This document shows, piece after piece, positions 17,044 to 27,090 of a stretch of 64,000 bases of DNA. A program made the translations under genes and the position numbers. The first letter of the stretch is position 1; each line of letters starts with the position of its first letter. The notes under the pieces are model-generated. The model was not told the origin of the DNA. It saw only the letters and a program-made list of their open reading frames with translations, and made no database searches. The DNA comes from Minisyncoccia bacterium. Its GTDB lineage: Bacteria > Patescibacteriota > Minisyncoccia > Phycocordibacterales > UBA9973. The DNA lies in the NCBI GenBank assembly GCA_044229265.1, contig JBGATK010000003.1, positions 24,638 through 88,637 of the forward strand. The letters run 5' to 3'.

Positions 17044-18027
17044 TTACTTGGGCTTATGTTTGATGGGTAATCTTGCGACTACTCCACCAAAAAAACTCAA
17101 ATCATGCTTGTAAAGTATTCCGAGCTGGGCTCGCAACTGGAGGCTTTGCCTACCAGAATTGAAATCCCAACCACTTTCTAAACCAGCTAAGAAACCACTA
17201 TGGTGCTCAGTGCCTTTAGAAAGACTGAAAGCATAGCCACCAAAAACCTCAGTGTATTTAATGGGTTTATAAGAAATACAAACATCCACTAAAGCACCTG
17301 ATTTGTTTTCTAGCTGTTGCACATAAGCACTACCATCTGATTCAGGAATAAAACTTTTATTCAAACCAAAGCTATACCTTGGCCGAACAAAGATTCCGAA
17401 ACCATGCCATTTATGTGGTTCAAGCACTAACCTTACACCAACTTCACCTGTATATAACCATTTTGAGTTAAATTCAGGGGAATTAGTTTGAGTTGCAAAC
17501 AAGCCACCATCTACTTGAAAAGAAAACGGACTTTCTACTTGGACCTCAACTTTTGGCGCATCACGAGGAGGCCCTAAACTTGGATCTCCTTTTTTAGGAG
17601 TGTCCGGTTTTTCTGCAGGCTTGTCAGTCTTAAATGTAATTTGCCCTGGACGTTTTTTAATTTCGTCTTCGGCAATTCCCATCCTGCCTTTTAAGTTATT
17701 GACATCACTTTTTATGTTAATGATTTCAACATCTTGATTGGCGTCGCTTTTTTGCAAAGCCGAAATTTTAATGTTCTGCTTTGCGTCGCTAGCCTTCAGA
17801 TTTTTTATGTCGACTTGCATGCGTTTAACTGACGGATGACTTTCAGATAAGGGTAAATTTTTGCAGACACACGTAAACGTGCCATCTGCTCTTTTGCCCT
17901 CTCTGTAATTATCTGAGGGACACTTGTCCCATTTTCCGTTGGTGCAAGATCTTACGAACTCGTCACCTAAAGGACATTGGGCATTCAGGCCTGTGAAAAC
18001 AAAAACAAATAAAACTATTAGTCTCAT
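17044..18027 (-). CDS. secreted protein: Cys-rich N-terminus, coiled coil, Pro-rich linker, beta-strand-rich C-terminal domain
   Basis: Signal peptide ending LNAQ; alternating hydrophobic strands at the C-terminus. Confidence 0.8.
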   Translation of the reverse strand: MRLIVLFVFVFTGLNAQCPLGDEFVRSCTNGKWDKCPSDNYREGKRADGTFTCVCKNLPLSESHPSVKRMQVDIKNLKASDAKQNIKISALQKSDANQDVEIINIKSDVNNLKGRMGIAEDEIKKRPGQITFKTDKPAEKPDTPKKGDPSLGPPRDAPKVEVQVESPFSFQVDGGLFATQTNSPEFNSKWLYTGEVGVRLVLEPHKWHGFGIFVRPRYSFGLNKSFIPESDGSAYVQQLENKSGALVDVCISYKPIKYTEVFGGYAFSLSKGTEHHSGFLAGLESGWDFNSGRQSLQLRAQLGILYKHDLSFFGGVVARLPIKHKPK

Positions 18028-18057
18028 CTAATAAAATTTAATGGTTAAAAAAATAAA

Positions 18058-20487
18058 TTACAATGAGACGCTACTGTCCTTTAGGGGTGTAACGCCTTGA
18101 CCAAAATACATCATTGCTATAACTGTGCCTTTTGCAGACAAGGGTATATCAATAATGTTGTTTAATCTCATATCAACTTTTTGTATTTGATACAAAATGT
18201 GACCACTCACATCATAAATTACAAGGTGTCCAAACGGACTACCTCCATAACCAACGATATGGCTTTGATCTACCAAGCCGCACCTTACTGTCAAAATTCC
18301 AGGAGTATTACTTGAAGCTTTAAAGTAAGCGATGCCCCTTTCGAGAGTATCTTTACAACCATTTGCGTCAGTAATTGTTAAAACGTAATTACCGCCACTC
18401 AAGTTATAAATATCAGAACTTGTTTCCCCTGTATTCCATTCCCAATTATACGGGAGTTTACCTCCAGTAGCTGAGGTTTCAATAAAACCTTTACCACCAG
18501 GAGCTGGAACGTGAGAGAACTTGTCGATCTTACCTCTAACTTTTTCAGAAGTGACTAACTTTTGTTTTACCATAGAATCAGATCCATAATGGGTTTTTAA
18601 ATTCTTAATCAAAATGATTTCAGAATTTTTCAAACCGCAATTGGTCGAATCCTCAGGGATCCAATAAATCTCCGCTTTATCGTAAATCCATTTGCGATTT
18701 ACCACAGAATCACAATTATACTGATTAACAAATGTTTTAGAAACAAAAATAATTGTATCTATATTTTGATTAATCAAAATCGTGTCTTTTAAATCAGTGG
18801 TAGTTTTTGCATCCCGTAAACGCAAAGTAACTATTGATTTGATACAACCATAATTAAAATAAGTTGTGTCAAAATAAGTACCCTGCTTTATAGAATCAGC
18901 GTCGCAACTGTATCTAAATACAGTACTGCGAACAATCGCTGGTGGAGCCAGTGAATCAACCAAAATGGTCAATGAATCGCAACCCAAATGGTTTTTAATT
19001 ATTTGTTTGCTTTGTTTAGAGATTTTAAGCCCACAAACATACAAACTCTGGCGAATAGTGTCTGTTTTCAAAACATTTAAAGTAACGAAAACTACACTGT
19101 CACAAACACCATCTTTGGTTTTGAGATTCATGTAATAAGAATTTTTTAAACTTTTATAACACGTGTCTTTTATTACAAAAACAGTGTCTAAAGGTTTTAC
19201 TGAAAAACTTACTACCTTCATAGATGTGCATCCAAACTTATTTAAAAAATAAGTTGTGTCAGGATTTCTTGGTTTGCACCAAGATTCTGTTAAACGAACA
19301 GTATCTTTTGGCAACACACGAAAGTGCGTCACGTAGTAAATACTATCGTCAGCACACATCAAACTTTTTAAAGTATCAATGTGGTCGGGTGAAGCGATAC
19401 AAGTATCTCGAGTCGGTAAATATCTAGTCCTAGGACCTTCGTATAACCAACTTGTTGTGTGTGTACTGTCGCATCCATGGACGTTCTGTCCTTTAAAAAC
19501 TTCCACACTGTCCTTGTATAAAACACAAGAAGTTGTAAAAGTTTCGAGAACAAAATCTCCGTTTGGTGAATAAGTTACTTTTTTGTAAGTTAATACAGAA
19601 TCACAACCATAAATGCTTGTATCTTTTTTAACAAAAAAAGTTCCAGTCTTCGAAATGTCGCAAGTAGTTTCGTAAATGTAAAATACTTTTTTAGAAGTAA
19701 AATTGTATTTTACAATTGTGAAGCTATCAGTGTTCGTTCCCCAAGCTTTACCGCTTTTCACCGTATCAAGCTTAATACTTTTAAGTGAATCGCAGGTGTT
19801 TTTTTGCAAGATATTCTTACTGAAGATTGAATCACAATGATTCGATATCAGAACTGATTCAACATCAGTGCAGAAGTTTGCATCCGAAACCTGAATAGTA
19901 TAAGTTTCTGATTTCAAATTAGTAAACTTTCCAGTGTTATTTTTTTCACCAGTATTCATTAATTTAAATTCATAAGGACCTACACCACTCTGTGCGCTTG
20001 CCTGAATTGATCCTTTACCATCGTTACAATGTTCAGGATACTTTACAATCGACAAAACTGGCGAAGATGAAGTTTTTACCTCAGCTGCAAACAACGTGTA
20101 GTTATTTGGAACTGGTTTGTTTGAATCATCAACAATCACTTCATAACCATCGGCCCTTAGGTCATCAAGCTGCACTCTGCTGTAGTAAATCCATTGATCA
20201 AATAATTTTTTATTATCCGAGTTTCTGAATATTACTACATGATAAGGCATTTGACCGTAATAAATATTGGTAATTAATTTACCATTATCTAAACCGCAAC
20301 CAGTGTTCCATGTTTCCACTGAACACTGAAAATCAGACAAAATTGAAAAAGCGAAATCTCGCATCCCATTCTCCAATTTTGAAGAAATGTGAATTAGATT
20401 ATCTGGTTTTTCTAATTGAAGCATTTGAGCGCTCAACTGAAGCCCTGTAAGGGCCAGGATCATCAGAAAAAAACATTTTTTAAGCAT
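18058..20487 (-). CDS. secreted SprB-repeat / (G)CDS-repeat surface protein
   Basis: Signal peptide; SprB-like units ([37 protein letters not shown]); repeated GCDS/xCDS motifs; degenerate T9SS-like tail (VIYDVSG). Confidence 0.85.
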   Translation of the reverse strand: MLKKCFFLMILALTGLQLSAQMLQLEKPDNLIHISSKLENGMRDFAFSILSDFQCSVETWNTGCGLDNGKLITNIYYGQMPYHVVIFRNSDNKKLFDQWIYYSRVQLDDLRADGYEVIVDDSNKPVPNNYTLFAAEVKTSSSPVLSIVKYPEHCNDGKGSIQASAQSGVGPYEFKLMNTGEKNNTGKFTNLKSETYTIQVSDANFCTDVESVLISNHCDSIFSKNILQKNTCDSLKSIKLDTVKSGKAWGTNTDSFTIVKYNFTSKKVFYIYETTCDISKTGTFFVKKDTSIYGCDSVLTYKKVTYSPNGDFVLETFTTSCVLYKDSVEVFKGQNVHGCDSTHTTSWLYEGPRTRYLPTRDTCIASPDHIDTLKSLMCADDSIYYVTHFRVLPKDTVRLTESWCKPRNPDTTYFLNKFGCTSMKVVSFSVKPLDTVFVIKDTCYKSLKNSYYMNLKTKDGVCDSVVFVTLNVLKTDTIRQSLYVCGLKISKQSKQIIKNHLGCDSLTILVDSLAPPAIVRSTVFRYSCDADSIKQGTYFDTTYFNYGCIKSIVTLRLRDAKTTTDLKDTILINQNIDTIIFVSKTFVNQYNCDSVVNRKWIYDKAEIYWIPEDSTNCGLKNSEIILIKNLKTHYGSDSMVKQKLVTSEKVRGKIDKFSHVPAPGGKGFIETSATGGKLPYNWEWNTGETSSDIYNLSGGNYVLTITDANGCKDTLERGIAYFKASSNTPGILTVRCGLVDQSHIVGYGGSPFGHLVIYDVSGHILYQIQKVDMRLNNIIDIPLSAKGTVIAMMYFGQGVTPLKDSSVSL

Positions 20488-20748
20488 GATATATGAATTT
20501 AATTTGTTTAAATTGTTTTACAAAATAACAGTATTATCACCCCGAAGTTTAGCACATTTTGGGCATTTTGTCAAGTAAAATAAAGGCAAACCCCCACACC
20601 TATTTGCTTGGTGTTTTTATGGTTAATAAATGCTTTCTTTAAGTAAATAGGTGTAGGGGCAAATTAAAAAGCCGGTCCTCCCTGTAAGAACCGGCTAAAC
20701 AAATGCTACCGAGAGGTAGCGAACACTATGAGAACACCCTAAATTTTT

Positions 20749-21396
20749 CTATGGAAGCCCTAAGGCTTCAATTTTTATGGATCCATCAGCCATAAAGAAA
20801 GTCCCTCGAACTACTTGCCCTTTTTTTATCGGACTATCTTTTGTTTTTTTAATCGTAATGGTTTTAAAACCATTCTGATCCAATGCATTTTCAGTCTCTA
20901 TTTCAGGGCCTCCAATGACATCAAAATATGCTCCTTCTCTTGGGTTAGGGCTAGAACGAAACTTTATAGTCCATTCTGTTCCGCAGGAATTTATTGAATA
21001 ATATTTTCCTAAAACCAAAACCTGATCTGGTATCCCTTTTTGTTTTGATTTGTAATCTTCATAAAAATGGATTCTATCTCCAGAGAGCCAATCTCTTTTT
21101 TCATAAAGATCTAAAACAAGACACTTATTCACTGTGTCTTGAAGAAAAAGGTACTGACGCTTTTCGGACATATAACCAATATCCTCGAATAGATAAACCT
21201 CATTTAAGAAATTTATCGGTGCACAGATTCTGTAAATTTGGTAATCTTTTGTTCCGATAGTTTCGAAAAAAGAAGTATCTTTAAAAAACATTTCGCAAAC
21301 CGGTTCTGGTTCTAATGGAGTGATATTATTATCCTGGTTGCAAGATAATAAAGTAAAGAGAAAAATAGTAGACAAGAAAAAATATAATCTTTTCAT
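20749..21396 (-). CDS. putative lipoprotein
   Basis: MKRLYFFLSTIFLFTLLSC lipobox-like signal. Confidence 0.8.
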   Translation of the reverse strand: MKRLYFFLSTIFLFTLLSCNQDNNITPLEPEPVCEMFFKDTSFFETIGTKDYQIYRICAPINFLNEVYLFEDIGYMSEKRQYLFLQDTVNKCLVLDLYEKRDWLSGDRIHFYEDYKSKQKGIPDQVLVLGKYYSINSCGTEWTIKFRSSPNPREGAYFDVIGGPEIETENALDQNGFKTITIKKTKDSPIKKGQVVRGTFFMADGSIKIEALGLP

Positions 21397-21512
21397 TGAA
21401 AAAAATTTAAAAGGTTAGAAATGAACTTGGGAGAATTCCCTATCACTTAAAATTATTGCATATTTAAAGATAAAAGTCAATGGCTTGTGGAAAACCGCGC
21501 CTTTGGCCGGGG

Positions 21513-21591
21513 AAACACAAAACCCCCTTGCGGGGGCTTTGTGGGCACTTATGTTGTTTCGAATAATGTAAGGCTAATGCCTCACACTCAC
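21513..21591 (-). ncRNA. candidate small RNA
   Basis: TTGCTT-17-TATACT promoter with extended TG, internal hairpin, GC-rich terminator, no ORF. Confidence 0.55.
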
Positions 21592-21670
21592 ACAAAGAGT
21601 ATAGCACATCTGAAATAAAAAAGCAAATTTATAAAAGAAAAATCCCCTTTCGGGGATTTTTCGTGTTTTA

Positions 21671-21976
21671 TTTTGTGGCTATAAGCCGAATTCTGTTTTC
21701 GTTTTTAAGCGAATATGGCAATTTGTCTAGGCCTAAAATTACTCTTAGGCTCAAGCGATTCTTCCTGCTTCGCCAAGGCTACGCAGGACACGATCTTGCA
21801 CACGCGTAAGGATTTTGCCGTTTCACTCCCACTAAAGGGATTCGTCACTGTTCGCACCTCGTGGATTGCTCCAGATGGGAATTACCCATTACGTTTAATC
21901 CCTCGACTAAGCTCGGGACTATGTGTTCGGACTTTCCTAATCCCACCGAAGTGAGACTTAGCCATACACCACAAAA
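21671..21976 (-). ncRNA. rnpB: RNase P RNA
   Basis: Minus strand GGAAAGTCCGAACAC (P4 5' side), ACAGAATTCGGCTTAT (P4 3' side), GTGAAACGGCAAAATCC and terminal P1 pairing. Confidence 0.93.
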
Positions 21977-22003
21977 CTTTTTTAGTTTAACATATAAAAA
22001 TAT

Positions 22004-22507
22004 TTATTCAAATGTAAATACTATACCATCACCTATTTTGAGTTTATGTTTATCGGAAAATCCAGATACTACTTCAAGGACAAATTTTGTATTTTCTGCT
22101 ATACCAAAAGTCTCAGGATAACTCTCAGGCCTAGCATCACGTTTAATATAAATTATTTTTCCATATTCATCGAGCCAAATCATATCTATAGCGAATTTCA
22201 TATCTTTCATCCAGAAAAAATATTTATCTGGTTTTGCAAAGACAAAAAGCATACCCTCATCTTCCTTTAAATTTTCCCTTCCTGAAAGTCCACGAGCTTG
22301 AGTTTCTGGATCTATAGCTAGTTCTACTCGAACGCGAGTATCACCAAAATACACATAATTTACCTGATTAAAATTAAAATCATTCGCAGTTTTTTCTTTG
22401 GCATTCCCCCATGTAAAATTCTCTCGCATTGTTAGGAAAATAATCATACCGAAAAATAAAAAAACTACTAGGAAAGAAAAGAAATTTTTTACTTTTTGTA
22501 TATTCAT
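22004..22507 (-). CDS. DUF192 family protein
   Basis: ARGLSGRE, EGMLFVF, FWMKDMKFAIDMIW, VLEV motifs. Confidence 0.92.
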   Translation of the reverse strand: MNIQKVKNFFSFLVVFLFFGMIIFLTMRENFTWGNAKEKTANDFNFNQVNYVYFGDTRVRVELAIDPETQARGLSGRENLKEDEGMLFVFAKPDKYFFWMKDMKFAIDMIWLDEYGKIIYIKRDARPESYPETFGIAENTKFVLEVVSGFSDKHKLKIGDGIVFTFE

Positions 22508-22510
22508 AAT

Positions 22511-23917
22511 TTATTTATGATCACCATTAGTCCAACCAAATTGTCTACCAATAGCTTCTGGAGTTTCTCTTTTGCGAATTATTTTTATACTACCATCTTG
22601 TAACATAATTTTCATCGGAGCTGCTAGCAAGCAATGCTTCGAAGCAAGAGCGTCTTGATAAGCACCAGTGTCCAGTATAGCTATATACTGATCACGATCT
22701 TCATTTAAGCGTGGCATCAATATATAATTTCCGCCGGCAGTGTATTTATCATCACTATCACAAGTAGAACCTGCGAGCCATACGGTTTTTAAATTTTCAA
22801 ACATATTATTCGCTGGTATAGTATGCCATTTTTGATGTATAGCCCAAGTATCTTTTAAGTCATTCATAAAAGAACCATCTACTACATACCAAGCTTTTGC
22901 ATTTGCTTTTGGAATATTTTTTTGTGAAATAGTTTTATAAATAGTTATTTGCGCAGGCGCTACTATGTATTGCCCCCATTCTACTGCTAGGTTCGGGTGT
23001 TTTATGCCGGCTTTATCTGCCATATTTTTTAGTTGCTTTACAATAGAACTAGTAACCCGCTTAGCGGTATAAAACTTTTTCTTTTCATAAGGAATACCGA
23101 AACCACCACCCATATCTATAGTATCTAAATTAGTATGCTTTTTTTGTAATTCTGCATAAATATTGAAAGCTCTTTTAAGTCCATCTAAAATACTTTTTTG
23201 AGTTTTAATTTGACTACCCATATGATAGTGCAAGATTTTCAAATTCTTCATTTTATCTAAATCAAGAACATCTTTTTCAGAAAGTCCAAAACGGTCGAAT
23301 TTTTTATCCCAGTGAGTATCAGCTTTGATATCAAGGTCTACGCGCACACCCACATCGCCTTTGTATTTTTTCAGGCGTTCAATTTCTTCAGGCCCTTCTA
23401 TGATAGGCACTATGTTCATACCTTTTGTGCGGAGTTCTTCGATAAGGTCTAAGTATTGATCAGTCTTTGGACCATTACAAAAAACCCGGAGTTTATTCGA
23501 GAATTTCTCACCTTCCCAAAATTTCTTTACAATCCAAAGTTCATTTGCAGAAGTAGTTTCTAAATTCGCGCCTTCAGAAAGCAGGGGTAAAATAAATTCT
23601 TTATTTTGATTTACTTTCATCGGATAATGATAACCAAATTTACCTTTATAGCCGTAAATTTTCATATAAGCTTGAAAATAGCCAAGCAAATCTTTTAATC
23701 TGTCTTCAATAACAAAAGGAAAAACCACTTGCAGTGGTGTGCCGTATTTTTGAGCTAAATCTGCTAAATTATAAGAATGGTTTCCTTCAGTAACAGTTAT
23801 TTCACCGTCTTTAGAAATACCATAAAACTGAGTGTTGAACTCATCAGCACCTAGTTTCCAAAATTTCTTCCAATTTTTTGTTTGTTTTTTAGTTTTTTTA
23901 ATCATTTCTTTATCCAT
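22511..23917 (-). CDS. speA: arginine decarboxylase-like PLP enzyme (fold III, short form)
   Basis: YPMKVNQ PLP lysine, HYHMGSQ, DMGGG, TCDSDD, GAYQD. Confidence 0.85.
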   Translation of the reverse strand: MDKEMIKKTKKQTKNWKKFWKLGADEFNTQFYGISKDGEITVTEGNHSYNLADLAQKYGTPLQVVFPFVIEDRLKDLLGYFQAYMKIYGYKGKFGYHYPMKVNQNKEFILPLLSEGANLETTSANELWIVKKFWEGEKFSNKLRVFCNGPKTDQYLDLIEELRTKGMNIVPIIEGPEEIERLKKYKGDVGVRVDLDIKADTHWDKKFDRFGLSEKDVLDLDKMKNLKILHYHMGSQIKTQKSILDGLKRAFNIYAELQKKHTNLDTIDMGGGFGIPYEKKKFYTAKRVTSSIVKQLKNMADKAGIKHPNLAVEWGQYIVAPAQITIYKTISQKNIPKANAKAWYVVDGSFMNDLKDTWAIHQKWHTIPANNMFENLKTVWLAGSTCDSDDKYTAGGNYILMPRLNEDRDQYIAILDTGAYQDALASKHCLLAAPMKIMLQDGSIKIIRKRETPEAIGRQFGWTNGDHK

Positions 23918-23948
23918 GTATTATATCAGAAAATAGCATAAAAGTCAA

Positions 23949-25259
23949 CTACTCACTCCTATTTATTTTATATTTCTGTAAAAATTCTTCTTTGAATTCA
24001 TGAAAATTACCGTCCAAAATTGACTGCCGAATTTTATCCACTAAGTTTACAATAAAATACATATTATGCAAAGAAGCGAGCGTACCTCCAAGCATTTCTT
24101 TACCATGAAAGAGGTGTGCAATGTAAGCTTTGGTATAATTTTTACAGGTATAACATTCGCAACCTTCATCTATAGCTGTAAAGTCGTTTCGAAATTTTGT
24201 ATTAGTAATACTTATTTTTCCATTACTTGTATACAGTGTGCCATTGCGCCCTAATCTGGTAGGTAAAACACAATCAAATAAATCTACACCATTTTCAATA
24301 CCCATAAATAAATCCTCGGGCTCACCAATACCGAGCAAGTGCCTAGGCTTTTCTTCTGGCAAAATTTCATTTACCCATTTTACAGCTGTCGACATATCTT
24401 CTTTTGCAAAAGACCCGCCAATACCAAAGCCATCAAAATATTTTCCATCGATATTCATATCTGCAATAATTTGTGCAGATTTTTTACGTAAAATTTCTTC
24501 CCTGCCTCCTTGCACAATACCAAAGAGAGCCTGAGGAAAAAGCTGATGCTTGAAGGAGTCTTTGCTACTAACAGAATGATCTTGCCCTTCCAGAACAGAA
24601 TGCGAACGACGAAAAGCATCAGCTTTTTCCTGCTCCAATTTAATATGTTCTTCTAAACTCCGCTTTGCCCAAGCATGAGTGCGCTCGAGAGCTTCTTCTT
24701 GATATTTAAAATCTTCAGCAGGACTAGTGCATTCATCAAAAGCAAAAATAATATCCGCACCTAAATTATGCTGAATTTCTATCGAGTGTTCTGGAGTAAT
24801 GTAATGCATACTGCCATCTAAATGTGATTTAAAAGAAACACCATCATTACCTATTTTAGCTAATCTAGGTGCATCCGAGTCATCAAAACGCTCTGGAATC
24901 ATAAGTGAAGGGTCGGTGATTTTTATAACTTTTGAAATATCTTTTCCATAAGCTGCGCCAAGAGAGAATACTTGAAAACCTCCAGAATCTGTCATAGTGG
25001 GGCCTTGCCAATTCATAAATTTCCCAATTCCACCTGCGTCACGTACGACCTCATCGCCAGGTTGTAAATATAAATGATAAGTATTACCGAGTACCACTTG
25101 AGTGCCAGCCTCTTTGATTTGCCTTGGTTCTAATGATTTTACTGTAGCTTTAGTGCCGACAGCAACAAAAGCAGGAGTAAGTATTTCTCCATGTGGTGTA
25201 GTTAAAACCCCTGCCCTACCTAAACTATTTGCTAACTTTTTAGCTATTTTAAAATTCAT
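23949..25259 (-). CDS. tgt: tRNA-guanine transglycosylase
   Basis: TDSGGFQVFSL, FGIVQGG, DLFDCVLPTR, CECYTC zinc site. Confidence 0.97.
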   Translation of the reverse strand: MNFKIAKKLANSLGRAGVLTTPHGEILTPAFVAVGTKATVKSLEPRQIKEAGTQVVLGNTYHLYLQPGDEVVRDAGGIGKFMNWQGPTMTDSGGFQVFSLGAAYGKDISKVIKITDPSLMIPERFDDSDAPRLAKIGNDGVSFKSHLDGSMHYITPEHSIEIQHNLGADIIFAFDECTSPAEDFKYQEEALERTHAWAKRSLEEHIKLEQEKADAFRRSHSVLEGQDHSVSSKDSFKHQLFPQALFGIVQGGREEILRKKSAQIIADMNIDGKYFDGFGIGGSFAKEDMSTAVKWVNEILPEEKPRHLLGIGEPEDLFMGIENGVDLFDCVLPTRLGRNGTLYTSNGKISITNTKFRNDFTAIDEGCECYTCKNYTKAYIAHLFHGKEMLGGTLASLHNMYFIVNLVDKIRQSILDGNFHEFKEEFLQKYKINRSE

Positions 25260-26044
25260 TATTTTTCAACTTCCACAAAACGCAATTCAAAAATATTTAC
25301 TGGACTTTTAAGAAGTGCTTTTTTAAACGAATCCCTAGGGTCAGAAATAATACCTGAAACAGTAGCCAAGGTTTGCACGGTTCCTGGTAAATAAATAACT
25401 TCGCCTACAGATATATCAAAATCTCTAGGTAAAATCATCTCAAAATTACCATTACCTCGGCCAGAAGCAGAAAGAGTAGTGCCCGAAGAAGAAACAATTA
25501 CATCGACTTTTTCACGACTAGTGGAATATAAAATAATTTTTGAAGTATTATCATAAACCTCGCCTACATAACCTAGTGGCACATAGCCATATGCGTAAAC
25601 TTTTTGTCCAACTTTTACTCCCGTATTTTCCCCAACATCGAGAATCAAAGTATCATAAAGTGAACGGTTTGGTTTTACTAAAATATTACCCAAAATAAAA
25701 TTACGATTACCTTTACGTTCAAAAATTTCTTTTAATTCTTTATTCTCATTTTCTAAAATTTGATAATTAGAAAGACGCGCTGAAAGCTCCATATTCTCTA
25801 ATTTCAATTTCTCATTTTCAGAATTTATACTTTTTTTAGACTCAAAATAAGTTCCCCAAGAAGAAAACCTAGCTGATATATTTTGCCCGAAAGTAAAAAA
25901 TGGTTTAGATAAAAACAAACTAGAACCGGAAAAACTACTATACATCATGGCGCTTCCAAAAATAAAAATAAATAAAAAAATTGCCACTAAAATAAAAGTG
26001 ACTACTTTTTTATTACTCTTTTTTTTATCTTGGCGGTAATTCAT
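25259..26044 (-). CDS. mreC: rod shape-determining protein MreC
   Basis: TM, coiled coil and beta domain; directly downstream of mreB. Confidence 0.9.
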   Translation of the reverse strand: MNYRQDKKKSNKKVVTFILVAIFLFIFIFGSAMMYSSFSGSSLFLSKPFFTFGQNISARFSSWGTYFESKKSINSENEKLKLENMELSARLSNYQILENENKELKEIFERKGNRNFILGNILVKPNRSLYDTLILDVGENTGVKVGQKVYAYGYVPLGYVGEVYDNTSKIILYSTSREKVDVIVSSSGTTLSASGRGNGNFEMILPRDFDISVGEVIYLPGTVQTLATVSGIISDPRDSFKKALLKSPVNIFELRFVEVEK

Positions 26045-27071
26045 CTTGATTGCGAATTAAAACTTCTTTGTAATTTTCTAAATCGTCCAAAATAATTCCA
26101 GTACCACGAGCTACAGCAGAAAGTGGATCATCTACTACATAAACTGGTATTTTAAGGTTATTTTGTAATAGTTGATCAAGTCCGAGAAGTAATGCCCCGC
26201 CACCAGAGAGCATAATACCCCTGTGCATTATATCAGAGAGAACTTCTGGTGGTGTTGTTTCGAGCACATCTTTAACTCCATCAATAAATTCATGAATAGA
26301 TGGTGAGAGTGCTTCGCGTATATCACCATCGGTCACTATAACTTCACGAGGAAGTCCAGTCAGTAAATCTCGTCCACGGATTTCAGTTTCCATATACTCA
26401 CCTGGTAATACTGAACCAATAGACATTTTTACGGCCTCGGCAGTATTTTCACCAATCATTATTTTAAATTCATCACGCATATAAGCAATAATATCTGCAT
26501 TTAATTTATCACCAGCAATTTTTAGATTTTTAGATTTTACAATACCACCGAGCGCTATAACTGCTATGTCCGTAGTGCCACCACCAATATCTATAATCAT
26601 AGAACCGATAGCTTCTTTGATAGGCATGCGCACACCTATCGCGGCCGCCATAGGTTCTTCAACCAAGTAAACTTCACGGGCACCTGCAGAGCGAGCGGCA
26701 TCATATACAGCACGAGTTTCGACATTTGTAGAACCAGTAGGAACGCCCACTACCACTCGAGGTCGTGCGAATTTTTTAGAAAATTTATCAGCTTTGTTTA
26801 TGAGGTAAGCAAGCATTTCTTCAGTAACTTCAAAATCTGAAATCACGCCGTCTACGAGTGGGCGCACTGCGCGAATGTGCCCTGGAGTTTTACCCAACAT
26901 TTCTTTAGCTTTTATACCGACAGCTAGTATTTGATTAGTCTTACTATTTACTGCTACTACAGAAGGCTCATTAATAACAATGCCATGCCCTTTCAAATAG
27001 ACCAGTGTGTTAGACGTGCCTAAATCAATACCAATATCATTTGAAAATAATTTATAAAATTTTTTAAACAT
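26025..27071 (-). CDS. mreB: rod shape-determining protein MreB
   Basis: IGIDLGTSNT, EEPMAAAIG, DIGGGTTD motifs. Confidence 0.97.
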   Translation of the reverse strand: MFKKFYKLFSNDIGIDLGTSNTLVYLKGHGIVINEPSVVAVNSKTNQILAVGIKAKEMLGKTPGHIRAVRPLVDGVISDFEVTEEMLAYLINKADKFSKKFARPRVVVGVPTGSTNVETRAVYDAARSAGAREVYLVEEPMAAAIGVRMPIKEAIGSMIIDIGGGTTDIAVIALGGIVKSKNLKIAGDKLNADIIAYMRDEFKIMIGENTAEAVKMSIGSVLPGEYMETEIRGRDLLTGLPREVIVTDGDIREALSPSIHEFIDGVKDVLETTPPEVLSDIMHRGIMLSGGGALLLGLDQLLQNNLKIPVYVVDDPLSAVARGTGIILDDLENYKEVLIRNQDELPPR

Positions 27072-27090
27072 AATTACACATTCGTAGGGA

